This document shows, piece after piece, positions 13,495-25,606 of a stretch of 64,000 nt of DNA. Every line of letters starts with the position of its first letter. Positions within the stretch are counted from its first letter, which is position 1. The notes beneath the pieces are model-generated. The model saw only the letters and a list, made by a program, of their open reading frames with translations, did no database searches and was not told the origin of the DNA. The stretch comes from Octopus bimaculoides. Lineage: Eukaryota. The stretch lies in the NCBI RefSeq assembly GCF_001194135.2, contig NC_069005.1, forward strand, positions 6,621,182-6,685,181, given 5' to 3'. The position numbers and the translations under genes were made by a program.

Positions 13495-13706
13495 ATGTTT
13501 GTGTCTGTCTTTGTGCCCCCAGCATCGCTTGACAACTGATGCTGGTGTGTTTACGTCCCCTGTAACTTAGCGGTTCGGCAAAAGAGACCGATAGAATAAG
13601 TACTGGGCTTCCAAAGAATAAGTCCTGGGGCCAATTTGCTCGACTAAAGGCAGTGCTCCAGCATGGCCGCAGTCAAATGACTGAAACAAGTAAAAGAGTA
13701 AAAGAG
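13292..13706 (+). mobile_element. tRNA-derived CORE-type SINE family A (internal TA/TG microsatellite, AGTAAAAG tail), full length
   Basis: Head ggagtggctgtgtggtaag...gggttcagtccc, CORE-like ttgggcaagtgtctt, tail gaaacaagtaaaagagtaaaagag. About 20 full or partial copies in the window. Confidence 0.85.
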
Positions 13707-14725
13707 GTGGCACATAAAATGCACCGTGCAAGCATTGGGCCTCATGAAGGCAGTGACAGGTGACCGAGACCTTTGTCGATATACTGTGCTGTGTTGACCT
13801 GTTGAGCCAAGTGAGGACGTAATCGTGTCAGCTCAATATCAGCTCAATGGCACCTGTGCCGGTGGCACATAAAAAAACACCTATTACTCTCTCGGAGTGG
13901 TTGGTGTTAGGAATGGCATCCAGCCATAGAAACCTTGCCAAACCAGATCGGAACCTGTTGCAGTTTCCCGGTTGACCAGTTTTCAGTCAAACCAACTAAT
14001 CCATGCCAGCATGGAAAGCAGATTTTCAGTGGTGATGGTGATGATGATGATGATGATATATGTTTGAGCACTTAAGGAGTTGATGGAGTTGAAGCTACTG
14101 TCTCACCCCACCCCCACTTCATTCCAAATCCACATCATTGAAAAGACTACGTCTCAAACCACTTTTTGTCGTGCCTGTGGCTAAAAGAAGTTTCCAGAAT
14201 TCTGTTTCGCAGCTGACCAAATTTCTCACTATGACAACATTGAAACAAGAATGAAACAAAAATTGTTTCTTTGTACAAACATAAGAAGGAACACATGCCA
14301 TGTGGGTGGGTGAGTGGGGTGCTGAGGGTGCATAGTTGGTGATTTGGTGCATTGGATGGTGGTGGTGGTGGTCGTGGTGGTGATGAATGGATAGTGGGTT
14401 GAGTCTGTGAGTGGATAATCCAGTTTCTTTATATGTATATTTGAATGTGTGTGTGTGTGCCTGAATAAATAGATATGTAAGCATACATATACGCTGATAT
14501 ATCATCATCATCATCATCATCGTTTGATGTCCATTTTTCATGCTGGCATGGGATGGACGGTTTGATATATGCTTTATTAATATAGCTGCAAAGACATCAC
14601 AAAAACTGTTACTCAGAGTTTTTGTCATGTCTTTGCAGGTTTATTATTAATAAAGCGTATAACTCTACCTTTGGTATTGGAGTACTATTTTCTCCCACCT
14701 TGTTTCACATTTACGCACTTACTCT

Positions 14726-14769
<44 letters not shown>

Positions 14770-15183
14770 ATACACAAACACACACACATATATGATGGAC
14801 TTCTTTCAGTTTCCATCTACTAAATCCATTCATGAGGCTTTGATTGGCCTGGGGGCTACATTAGAAGACGTTTTCCCAAGTTGCCACGCAGTGAGATTGA
14901 ACCCAAGACCATGTGGTTCAGAAACAAGCTTCTCAACCCCCACAGCTACCCGCTGAATATTCACACAAAGACATTGCTATATTAATGCATCTCTGTTTCT
15001 CTTTCACACACATTCACATACACACACACACACACTGATACAAATACAGACATGCACACACACAAACACGCACACATTCACATGCACTCACATCCATACA
15101 CCTATACACACACATATATATTCACACACCCTTTTATTAAGCAATCATTGTACTAATGCATCTACCCTATTTCTCCACCTCAG

Positions 15184-17637
15184 GTGCTGCTGAAAGTGGT
15201 AAAAGTACCCTGGTAAAGCAGATGAAAATTATTCACAATGACGGTTTCTCCAAAGACGAATTATTGGCTTTCAGAGTAAGTTAAACGGTATTAGTTTATT
15301 ATTATTATTATTATTATTATTCGTATGTGTATTTCGTGTGCAAGATTCTTGATGTGGATACGTGTGTTGAAAGAAATACAATTAAACCTTGGGAGAGGCA
15401 TTATGCCGGTAATAAACACACGCACTGGTTCAGCCCTTTATTAATTTATATAGTTTTTTGTTAGATTATTTCATTGCACTCTTGCAATCTCTTCAGTAAC
15501 TTGTCTCTCAAAATAAATGGAAGTGGAGAGACAGGTTACTGAAGAGATTGCAAGAGTGCAATGAAATAATCTAACAAAAAACTATATAAATTAATAAAGG
15601 ACTGAACCAGTTTATGTGTCNNNNNNNNNNATTCAGTAGTTTTATTTTTATAACGTGCTTTCACTTCACTACCGAGCGCAGCTCTGTGCGCCTTGTGTAT
15701 GTGCTGTGGTTTGCTGTGGTGCTCTTATGTTTACTGTATTGAAAGTGTTTTGTGGTAGAATGTGTGCAGTACCCAGTAGTGCAATTTTCTGTATGTTATA
15801 TATATTTGTAAGTCCTGGTGTTTTTGTTATGTATTTGTCTGAATATTTATTATTGTTGTTGTTGTTGTTGTTATCTGGCGGGGGGGGGGGTAATGTTCTG
15901 CAGGTTTCCTTTATCTCTAGTGTGGAGTGTTTTCTTGGGTTTAGTTGTGGGGGCTCAACTATCAGGGTAAGTCTGCATGCGTGTGTGTATGTACACTGTG
16001 TGGCCTATGTATGTGTTTGTGCTTGTACATGTGTATGCATGCACATTTACAAACACATTTGTTGGTGTTATGTGTGTCTGTCTTTTCTTCACCCCCCCCT
16101 CTTTTTTTTTTATCAGCTTTCCTTTCTCCTCCCCTGTCTTCATTTCCTTTTAAACTCTATTAATTCATTTTTTGTATCCAAGAAATCATTATTTAATAGC
16201 TTTCACTTTGTAGTAAAGATTATTTGCCAACATAACATGGCAGTCCTGGTTTAGGACGAGTGTTGCTGTAATTTATCCCCAGGAGACCTCGTATCCACCT
16301 GGCTATATGACACAATCAGTGTCCTTATATTTTCGAACAAGGGAATCTAGCACCCCCACTCAGCTCAAAACAATATCTGTGTATCACGATTTCTGGGTTA
16401 TTTCCCTTCATCAGCACAGAATAATTGTTCGGCTAGAGGTGGCGCTGCCAAATTCCTGTTTGTCCGAAACCAGGACTGCCATGTTATGTTAGCAAACAAT
16501 CTTTACTCCAAAGTACTATTGCTGAATATCTCACGTTGTGAGATTGAAGATTAGTAATTTTCTAGCTTTCAGTTAGATTTGAACCTTTATTTTCCCCCCT
16601 TTTCTACTTCCAGCCTGCAGTACTGGACAATCTGTTGAATTCCATGAAGTATGTTTTGGCAGGGATGGGAATATTACGGATTAATCTGGATGACTCCCGA
16701 AACAGGGTAAGTAAAACAATCGTTCGTACACCTTGGCCAATCACATGATTCCAGGTTCTATCCATACTCCACACTTCCTTGGGCCAACTAAGGTGCCTTA
16801 CCTTAGTCCCAGTTCAACCCAAATCTTGGCATGGGTCAGATAAAATTTGGTTAAAGCAGATTTTTTCTATGGTCGGATGCCCTTCCTGTCACTAACCCTC
16901 ATCTGTTTCCAAGCAAGGTAATATTTCATCAGGGCCAGATATGTATCAAGTCTTTTATTTGTCGTTTTCTCTTGTAGCTGAATGCTCAGAAGGTGCTTGC
17001 ATGCAATTGCTGCATGACCGAAAACCAAACCATGATTCCATATGTGTGGGAAGCACTCTACAATCTATGGATGGACAAAGGTGTCAGACTTGCAGTGTCA
17101 CGGGGCTACGAATATGAACTGAATGATTCAGCAATCTAGTAAGTAGACTGTTGTTGTTGTTGTTGTTGTTGATGATTATTTTGTTGTTGTTGCTACTGCC
17201 ACAGTAGCATGATGATGATGATGATGATGATGAGTAACCCCTTGGGACAAGCAAACCTGTGAGTAACCCCTAGGGAGTCTGCTCTGTTTACTGGCAGCCG
17301 CCAACATCTGGGCTACATAAATGTAATGATGATAGTCTCCTGTGAGTCTGAGAAAGTTGATTTTTGCAATTTCATGTTGAACGCCAACACGGCTAATCTG
17401 TTTATAGTGATTAAATGTGTGTGTGTGTGCTGTACATTAGCTTACTCCCTCCATCAAACTGACGTTGCCCAAACAAGTACCACTCATCGGGTGTTGAAGT
17501 AATCGCGGAACAACTTAAGAGGAAAGTGTTTTGCCCATGAACATGATGCACCAACCAATCTAGGAATTGAAACCATGGTCTCTCGATTATAAGCACAGTG
17601 CCTTAACCACTAGGCCATACTCCCTTGTGTGTGTGTG

Positions 17638-17678
<41 letters not shown>

Positions 17679-20600
17679 TAAATTTATATATAAGTTAGGG
17701 TTGTTTAAACATTCAAGCGATAGGCTAGAAGTGTTTAAGCAACCAGGGGCTAATTAAATCCGAAGGCACTCCTGGAGATTACTTGTGTGGGTACTGTCTT
17801 TGTTAGGAGGTATCCAGAGGCAGGTAATTTATATATATAATAATAATAATAATATTAGGGATAAAAATATATATATATATATACACATACACATACACAC
17901 ACAAATACACATGCATAAATACATGGATATATATGTCTGATTTTTTTTTTTTTTCTCTTTCTCTAAAAGCTATTTTGAAAACATGAACCGGATCTGCTCA
18001 TCAACATATATTCCAAACTCCACAGATGTGTTACGCGCCCGAGTACGTACGACTGGCGTTTTAGAAACCTGCTTTAGAATCAACTATGTGATATTTCGGT
18101 GAGTTCCCAGCACTTATTTCCTTTGTCTTCTCCCGCATTCCTTCTTCTACGATATTCTTCTGTGTTTTTATTCAAAGGTCCTTTCAGGGTCAATTAAATA
18201 AGTATCAGTTTCACACTGGGGTCGATGTAATCGACTTAATCCCTTTGTCTGTCCTCGTTTGTCCCCTCTATGTTTAGCTCCCTTGTGGGCATTAAAGAAA
18301 TAAATGTTGTTGGCACTCCGTCGCTTACGACGTCGAGGGTTCCAGTTGATCTGATCAACGGAACAGCCTGCTCGTGAAATTAACGTGCAAGTGGCTGAGC
18401 ACTCCACAGACACGTGTACCGTTAACGTAGTTCTCAGGGATATTCAGCGTGACACAGTGTGACAAGGCTGACCCTTTGAATTACAGGCACAACAGATACA
18501 GGAAGTAAGAGTGAGAGAAAGTTGTGATGAAGGAGTACAGCAGGGTTCGCCACCATCCCTTGCCGGAGCCTCGTGGAGCTTTAGGTGCTTTTGCTCAATA
18601 AACACTCACATCGCCCGGTCTGGGAATCGAAACCGCGATCCTATGACCGCATGTCCACTGCCCTAACCACTGGGCCATTGCGCCTCCACAAAGAAATAAA
18701 TATTGTGTAAAGAAAAAGAAATCCACATTCATTTCTAACGATGAAGTAATTAATTAATCTGGATAATGCTAATTGTAATTGCTTCTTTGTTTGATAATTT
18801 TCATCTCTTTTCTGTTTTGCAGAATGTTTGATGTTGGTGGTCAGCGGTCAGAACGGAGAAAATGGATCCAGTGTTTTGATGATGTGCGAGGAGTTTTGTT
18901 TGTGGTGGCCCTTAGTTCGTATGACATGTGCCTGTATGAAGATCATACCGTGGTGAGTATTATATTACCCCCACCTCTCTCTCTCTCTCTTTCTTTTTCT
19001 TTTTCTTTCTTTCTCTCTCTCTCTCTCTGTTTCTGTCTGTGTCTCTCTCACTACTTTTCTCTCTGCTTTTGTCTGTCTCTTTCTCTCTCTGCTTTTGTCT
19101 GTGTCTCTCTCTCACTGCTTCTGTCTGTCTGTCTCTTTCTATCTGCCTCTCTCTCTGCTTCTTCTGTCTGTGCGTCTGTCTTTCTGTCTCTTTCCCTCCG
19201 TCTCTCATTCTCTCTCTCTCTTATTCTCTACTGAGAATGACTGTATCAATATCTGCCCTGCTTTCATTGATTGTTTTACGTGCTCAGGTACTCATAACAG
19301 ATGCAGACACCCTCTCACCCCTCCCACCTCTGACCCTGAGAAACACAGAAGATGGGTCAGCTAGAGAGAGATAGGAGTGTATCATTGTTTGGTCAGTACT
19401 ATATCTATTGACCCGTAAAATGGTGAAAGATCTTTCCTGTGTCATATAGACACTCATAGGGCCTGTCACTCGGCTTCTGTAACATATATACATATATACA
19501 CACCTACACACGCATAAGGATGGGATGCTGGTGCATCTCAGAAATACCCATTTTTGCCAGCTGAGTGGACTGGAGCAACAGAAAATAAAGTGTTTTGCTC
19601 AAGAACACAATGTGTTGCCTGGTCTAGGAATTGAAACCACGATCGTACAATCATGAGACCAACACCCTAACCACCAAGCCACACACACCTCCACTTAAAA
19701 GGCTGAAAGGTAATGTTGAAATTCATATGATTTGAACTTAGTGCACTCAGGACCAGATCAAATACCAGAAGATATTTTGTCCCACTCTTTTATAATTCTA
19801 CCAATTTTGCTGTTTTATTCTGTTTCATAGAAATGTAAGTTTCCCGCTTTATTTTACATTCTGTGTCTTATTTCTACCAATTATTTCTACCAGTTTGCCA
19901 CCTTGTCTTCCGTTTCATATAAATGCAAGTTTCCCCGCTTTATTTTTCTTTCTGTGTCTAATTTCTACCAATTTCTACCAATTATTTCTATCAATTTGCC
20001 ACTTTGTCTTCCGTTTCAAATAAATTCAAGTTTCCCATTCTATTTTGCTTTCTTTTCATTCCATTTCAGAACCGATTGCAAGAAAGTCTAACACTTTTCA
20101 AAGGCATTTGTAATAACTCATTCTTCTATTTCTCCTGTATGGTAAGTCTTTTAGTTATTCACTAATCTCTTACATCATCATTTTATTCCATCCATCCATT
20201 TTCTCTGCTCGCTATTCCCATGAAGGTCATGATATGCTTGAGAACACCTGTTGAGTCAAGTAAAACCAATATCATAGCTTGGGCTGGTGCCCCCTCTCTG
20301 GCTCCCGTGCCGATGGCACGCAAAAGGCACCATCCAAATGTGGTCAGTGCCAGGTCTGCCTAACCGGCTCATGTTCTGGTGGCACATAAAAAGTACCCTC
20401 CAAACGTGATCGTTGCCAGGCTCACCTTACTGGCTCCTGTGCCAGTGGCGCATAAAAAGCACCCACTACACTCTCAGATTGGTTGGCATTAGGAAGGGCA
20501 TCTAGTGGTAGAAACTCTGCCAAACCAGATTGGAGCCTGGTGCAGCCTTCTGGCTCTCCAGACCTCAGTCAAACCGTCCAACCCATGCCAGCATGGAAAA

Positions 20601-20885
20601 CGGACGTTAGTTGATGATGATGATGATGATGTATGTATGTATATGTGCACACATGCACACATATTCTGTTTATTCTTTCATTTGTTTCAGTCATTTTGAC
20701 TGTGGCCATGCTGGAGCACCGCCTTTAGTCGAACAAATCAACCCCAGGACTTATTCTTTGTAAGCCTAGTACTTATTCTATCGGTCACTTTTGCTGAACC
20801 GCTAAGTTACAGAGACGTAAACACACCCAAATCGGTTGTCATGGGATAGGTGGGTGGGACAAACACAGACACACAAACATATACA

Positions 20886-20921
<36 letters not shown>

Positions 20922-22480
20922 CGACAGGCTTCTTTCAGTTTCCACCTACCAAATCCACTGACAAGGCTTTGGTCGGCCCAAGGCTATTGTAGACGATACT
21001 TGCCCAGGGTGCCACGCAGTGGGACTGAACCCAGCCACTCCTGTTTATATATGTGTATGCACATATAGTTGTGTGGAAGTGTATAGTATTTGTTTGCTTT
21101 TTTTTAAACTTAGTTATAATTTTTAAAAATTTAATTTATTTTTATTTTAATTAATTCTTATTAATATTCTACTCGTTTATGTCTTTTTGACAGATACTCT
21201 TTCTCAACAAACTCGACTTATTCAAAGACAAAATTCTCCATTCTCATCGTCATCTACATATATTCTTTCCAGAATATAAAGGTAAGTCCCTTTTATATTC
21301 TAAGTAACAGCATTTTCGAGAACCTTTACTGTTTAGAACTAATAACAACCATCATCACTTCAACAACCTCTTTTCCGTGCTTGCATGGGTCAGACAATTT
21401 ATTGAGGCAGATTTTCTGCAAATGGATGCAGAAAATAGACGGATGGCCATTATCACTGTGCTGGTGACATGTAAAAAGCACCATCTCAACGTGGCCGATG
21501 CCAGTGCCACCAGACTGGCTCCTGTGCTGGCGGCACATAAAAAGCACCATTCAAGCATGACCAATGCCAATGCCACCTGACTGGCTCTCATGCTGGTGGC
21601 ACGCAGTAAGCACCATTCACGCGTGGGTCCTTGCCAGTGCTGCCTGACTGGCTCCCCACGCTGGTAGAGCGTAAAAAGCACCATCCAAATGTGGCCAATG
21701 CAAGTGCCGCCTGGCTGGTTCCCATGTCGGTGACACATAAAAAGCACCATTCAAGCATGACCGATGCCACTGCCACCTGACTGGCACCTGTGCTGGTGGC
21801 ACGTAAAAATGCACCCACTACACTCTCGGAGTGGTTGGCATTAGGAAGGGCACCTAGCCATAGAAACCACGCCAGAGCCGACACTGTGGCTCCTGTCAAA
21901 CTGTCCAACCCTGCAGGGAAAACAAACATTAAATCATGAGGAGGGTGTTCATGATTTCTATTTACGTTGCCTCCTCCTCCTCCTCCCTACGACTACTACC
22001 ACCACCACCACCACTGCTACTACTACCATCACCACTGCTACTACCACCACCACTGCTACTACTACTACTACCACCACCATCACGACTATTATCACCACCA
22101 CTACTATTACCACCACCATCGCTACTACTATCACCACCACTACTACTACCACTATCACTACTACTCCCACCACCACTACTACTGCTGCCACCACCACCAC
22201 TACTACTACTACCACCACCATCACTACTACTATTACTACCACCACCACCACCACTACTACTACTACCACCATTACTACTTACTTCACAGGTTCAATCCAA
22301 GACGTAGACGTAGCGGCCATGTACATCCAGAACCTATTTCAAATGCAGAATCGAAACCAGTACAAAGTCATCTACCCCCATTTCACCACGGCGACCGACA
22401 CCAGCAACATTCAGGTCGTCTTCGAAGTCGTGATGGAATCCATTCTGAAGGAGAACCTCAAAGCAGCCGCTCTCCTTTGA
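15184..22480 (+). CDS. GNAV1: Heterotrimeric G protein alpha subunit, class v (Gv); 5'-partial, exon 1 not found
   Basis: join(15184..15275,16614..16706,16978..17138,17970..18098,18823..18952,20070..20141,21194..21281,22290..22480). All introns are GT-AG and phases match. Translation: [56 protein letters not shown]...[18 protein letters not shown]...[11 protein letters not shown]...[12 protein letters not shown]...LNKLDLF...[57 protein letters not shown] and TTATDT match Gv sequences as I remember them. Confidence 0.9.
15416..15620. repeat. Long inverted repeat (86-bp arms, 16-nt loop); each arm carries a minimal hammerhead-like motif
   Basis: 15424-15509 and 15526-15611 differ at 2 positions. 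Confidence 0.9.
15535..15575 (+). ncRNA. Minimal type I hammerhead ribozyme-like motif (Penelope type)
   Basis: GTTA CTGAAGA G ATTGCA agag TGCAAT GAAA TAATC TAAC; the mirror copy lies on the - strand at 15460-15500. Confidence 0.55.
15631..15850 (-). mobile_element. Second copy of the R4/Dong-like 3' end plus 3' UTR
   Basis: Near-identical to 2077-2236 and extends about 90 bp into the 3' UTR, ending at a 10-N gap. Confidence 0.7.
18305..18690 (-). mobile_element. SINE family B
   Basis: Reverse complement of 12228-12610. Confidence 0.85.
18975..19225. repeat. (CT)n/(CTGT)n pyrimidine-rich tract in a GNAV1 intron
   Basis: Direct reading. Confidence 0.85.
19800..20069 (+). repeat. Three ~90-105-bp tandem units directly upstream of a GNAV1 acceptor
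   Basis: ccaatttgccac..tgtcttccgtttca.ataaat..aagtttccc recurs near 19800, 19891 and 19994. Confidence 0.7.
20225..20630 (+). mobile_element. 5'-truncated RTE LINE 3' end with three 66-bp tandem units and a (GAT)n tail
   Basis: Shares its 3' UTR with the LINE at 49900-50582. Related tails at about 5745-5905(-), 6525-6720(-), 13720-14055, 32126-32310, 39050-39150(-), 46180-46360, 52570-52850(-), 59370-59665 and 62690-62950. Confidence 0.75.
20672..21045 (-). mobile_element. SINE family A
   Basis: Homologous; head internally deleted. Confidence 0.8.
21453..21935 (+). repeat. RTE 3' UTR with five full plus one partial 66-67-bp tandem units
   Basis: Units start at 21500, 21566, 21633, 21700 and 21766, followed by cactacactctcggagtggttggcattaggaagggc. 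Confidence 0.85.
21968..22280 (+). repeat. Mosaic (CAC/TAC)n trinucleotide repeat
   Basis: Direct reading; ends about 10 bp before the final GNAV1 acceptor. Confidence 0.9.
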
Positions 22481-22824
22481 ACCCTGGAAACCAATTCACC
22501 TGTAACCGATGTTCACACAAATGCTACGAACTCATACTGCTATTACCACTACTACTACTACTGCTGCTGCTGCTGATGTTGCTGTTTTTGCAGGGGTGGG
22601 TGGTGAAGGGGAGGTTGTTTTTAGTTGTTGATTTTTTACAAAAACAAACGTTTTTTTTTTTGTTTTTTTTTTTTAAATTTCAAGCCAGACAAATTAGAGG
22701 AAATATAGTGGGTTTTGCAGTTTAGATTACAAAACCCACCCCAACCCTTGTTGGTGCCATCTGATGTTGACTGAATGAAAGTAAAGTTGCGGAGTTTATG
22801 TGTGAGAAAGCTGAACTTTAGATG

Positions 22825-22855
<31 letters not shown>

Positions 22856-24402
22856 GCAGTGCTCCAGCATGGCCACAGCTCATGAACTGAAACTAGACAA
22901 AATGAAAAAAAAATGAAATATATATATATATATATATATATGTATTAAAACACACACACACTCAAAAACAAAACATGCATGCCTGTAAATATGTATAGAC
23001 ATAACTATATATATATATATATATATACACTCAAACATATATATGTATATACACTCAAACATATATATGTATATATCTGTGTGTATGTATACGCACTCGC
23101 ACACATATATAGTGTACAGTTCCATGATGGTAAGATCAACTAAAAAATGTACTCCATCTGGTGAGAGATAAACATTTTAGTCTGTTATGCCATGTGGGCA
23201 GTGTCTGATGATTTTTGCTAGGACACCAGACGTGTTAAAAACATTGTTTGGCATGTTCTCAGCACATGAAACTAGTAATGGCACTTAAAACCATATACTG
23301 TGCTAATTAAATAATATATATATATGAAGGCCATTTGCTACCTGAAATGGTTGTAAACCAAAGCTATTTTTCACATATGAAATTCAAGAGAAGACACAGC
23401 AAATTTGAGCTGGGATGTTACACTGAGTGGAAATTAGGCAGCAACTGGTGCTGTTCTGTTGAAACTCCCAGCTTGTCACCATCCATTGTCACCAGCTTGC
23501 TTGTTCATTACTAGAGACACTATTCATCACCTGAGATGTTTAACGTTCGAAAACTTGTTTGTAACCTGATTTGTTCATGATGAGAGGCATTCATAAACCA
23601 AGCTTCAGTGGTCAGAGTGTTAGGCTCACAATCATGAGGTAGTGAGTTCAATTTCTGGACCAGGCTGTGTGTTATATTCCGTTCAGCTGCAGAAATGAGT
23701 TGCGACGTCACAGGTGCCAAACTGTATCGGCCTTTGCCTTTCCCTTGGATAACATCGGTGGCATGGAGAGGTGGGGGCTGGTATGCATGGCCGACTGCTG
23801 GTCTTCCATAAACAGCCTTGCCCGGACTTGTGCATTAAAGGGTACCTTTCTAGGTGAAATCTCGTGGTCATTCATGACCGAAGGAGGGTCTTTATCCTTT
23901 GTATATGTGTGTGTGTATCATTACCATCATCATTTAATGTCTGTAATCTATACAACCATGGGTTGGACGATTGACCGGGATCTGGTGAGACAAGAAGATT
24001 GGATCAAGCCCAATGCAGCCCTCTGATTCACTGGATGCTGTCAAGCCATTCCAACCTGTGGGATACAGATATTAATGATGATGATGATGATGATGATGAT
24101 TTTATGTATATTGTATATATATTTGTACACTCATCTCTTTATATATATATATCTATATATGTATACATGAGTGTGTATGTGTGTGTGTGGATATATGTAT
24201 GTATATATGTATGAATGTACACATGTACATATTTGGTAAAACTAACAAGGGGAGAAAAAAAAAAGTTGTGAATATATATGTTGATCGAAAGGGTTTTTTT
24301 TAATCCGATATATTATATATTGTTATTTATAGCTTTATCAGCTTCAGGATTCACCGTTCCTGAAATTAACAAAAATATATATTTTTTATTTTAATCAGCA
24401 GA

Positions 24403-24405
<3 letters not shown>

Positions 24406-24487
<82 letters not shown>

Positions 24488-24488
24488 G

Positions 24489-24525
<37 letters not shown>

Positions 24526-24560
24526 GTATGTATATATATATATGTATATGTATGTATCTA
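24406..24560. repeat. (TA)n microsatellite, representative of dozens in the window
   Basis: Long AT dinucleotide run. Others at about 1-95, 3610-3660, 6820-7215, 24740-24900, 30165-30290, 38750-38990 and 54973-55025. Confidence 0.95.
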
Positions 24561-24745
24561 TGTATGTATATATACACATGTGTGTGTGTGTAAGTATGTA
24601 TTTGTCAAGAATATGGCATTTACAACATAGCAGTGAGGAAGCCAAACAAAAGTCTGGCACTTGGGGCAGGTCCCGTCATCACGAACATTTTTGTAATTAG
24701 TATTTTGCTAACAAAGACCATCAGTAATATTCAATATACATACAT

Positions 24746-24824
<79 letters not shown>

Positions 24825-25249
24825 CATACATACATACATATATATATACACACACACACACACATATATATATATAGGTGTATATATATGTATGTACATA
24901 CATTTTTATATATATTTATCTTTTATTTTAAGAAGGGTAAGATGGTCGCAATGTAACAGACTATGATACTATACCAAACATTTGTGTCCTAGCAACAACA
25001 ACAACAACAAAACTAACAAACCGTGTTCAAATCCTCCCTGAGTCACCTTTTCAGATTAGCAGGTTTTGGAAAAATAAGCACCAGTGAGAGACTGGAATCG
25101 TGATTCACTTGATGCTATTAACCATGTGACTCTTATTGTGCCCCACCCCACTATATATATTTTTGGACCCCTAATGGGTGAAGTCAAATGTATCAGAAAG
25201 CCCCAGAAAAATCCATTGCCTTCAGTTTCAAGAATATTTATAATTACAG

Positions 25250-25606
25250 ACATGGCTGTGTGGCACCTTGGACAAGTGTCTTCTGCTGTTACTCTTGGTC
25301 AACCAAAGCCTTGTGAGTGAATTTGGTAGTTGGAAACTGAAAGAAGCCTGTCATATGTGTGTATGTATGTGTATATGTATGTCTGTGTTGCCTTTGTGTT
25401 TGTCTGCCACCATTGCTTGACAAACGGTGTTGGTATGTTTGTGGCCCTGTAACTTAGTAGTTCAGCAAAGGACATGATAGAATAAGTGTCAGGCTTTAAA
25501 AAAAAAAATTAAGTACTGTGGGTCGATTAGTTTGACTAAACCCTACAAGGTGGTGCCCCAGTATGGCCACAGTCCAATAACCGAAACAAGTCAAAGATAA
25601 GAAGAT
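25250..25606 (+). mobile_element. SINE family A (older, diverged)
   Basis: Homologous body and tail. Confidence 0.75.

Noticed and set aside
21453-21815. CRISPR-like appearance of regularly spaced palindromic repeats
   Set aside because: The units are contiguous with no unique spacers, there are no cas genes, and the array is part of a eukaryotic LINE 3' UTR.
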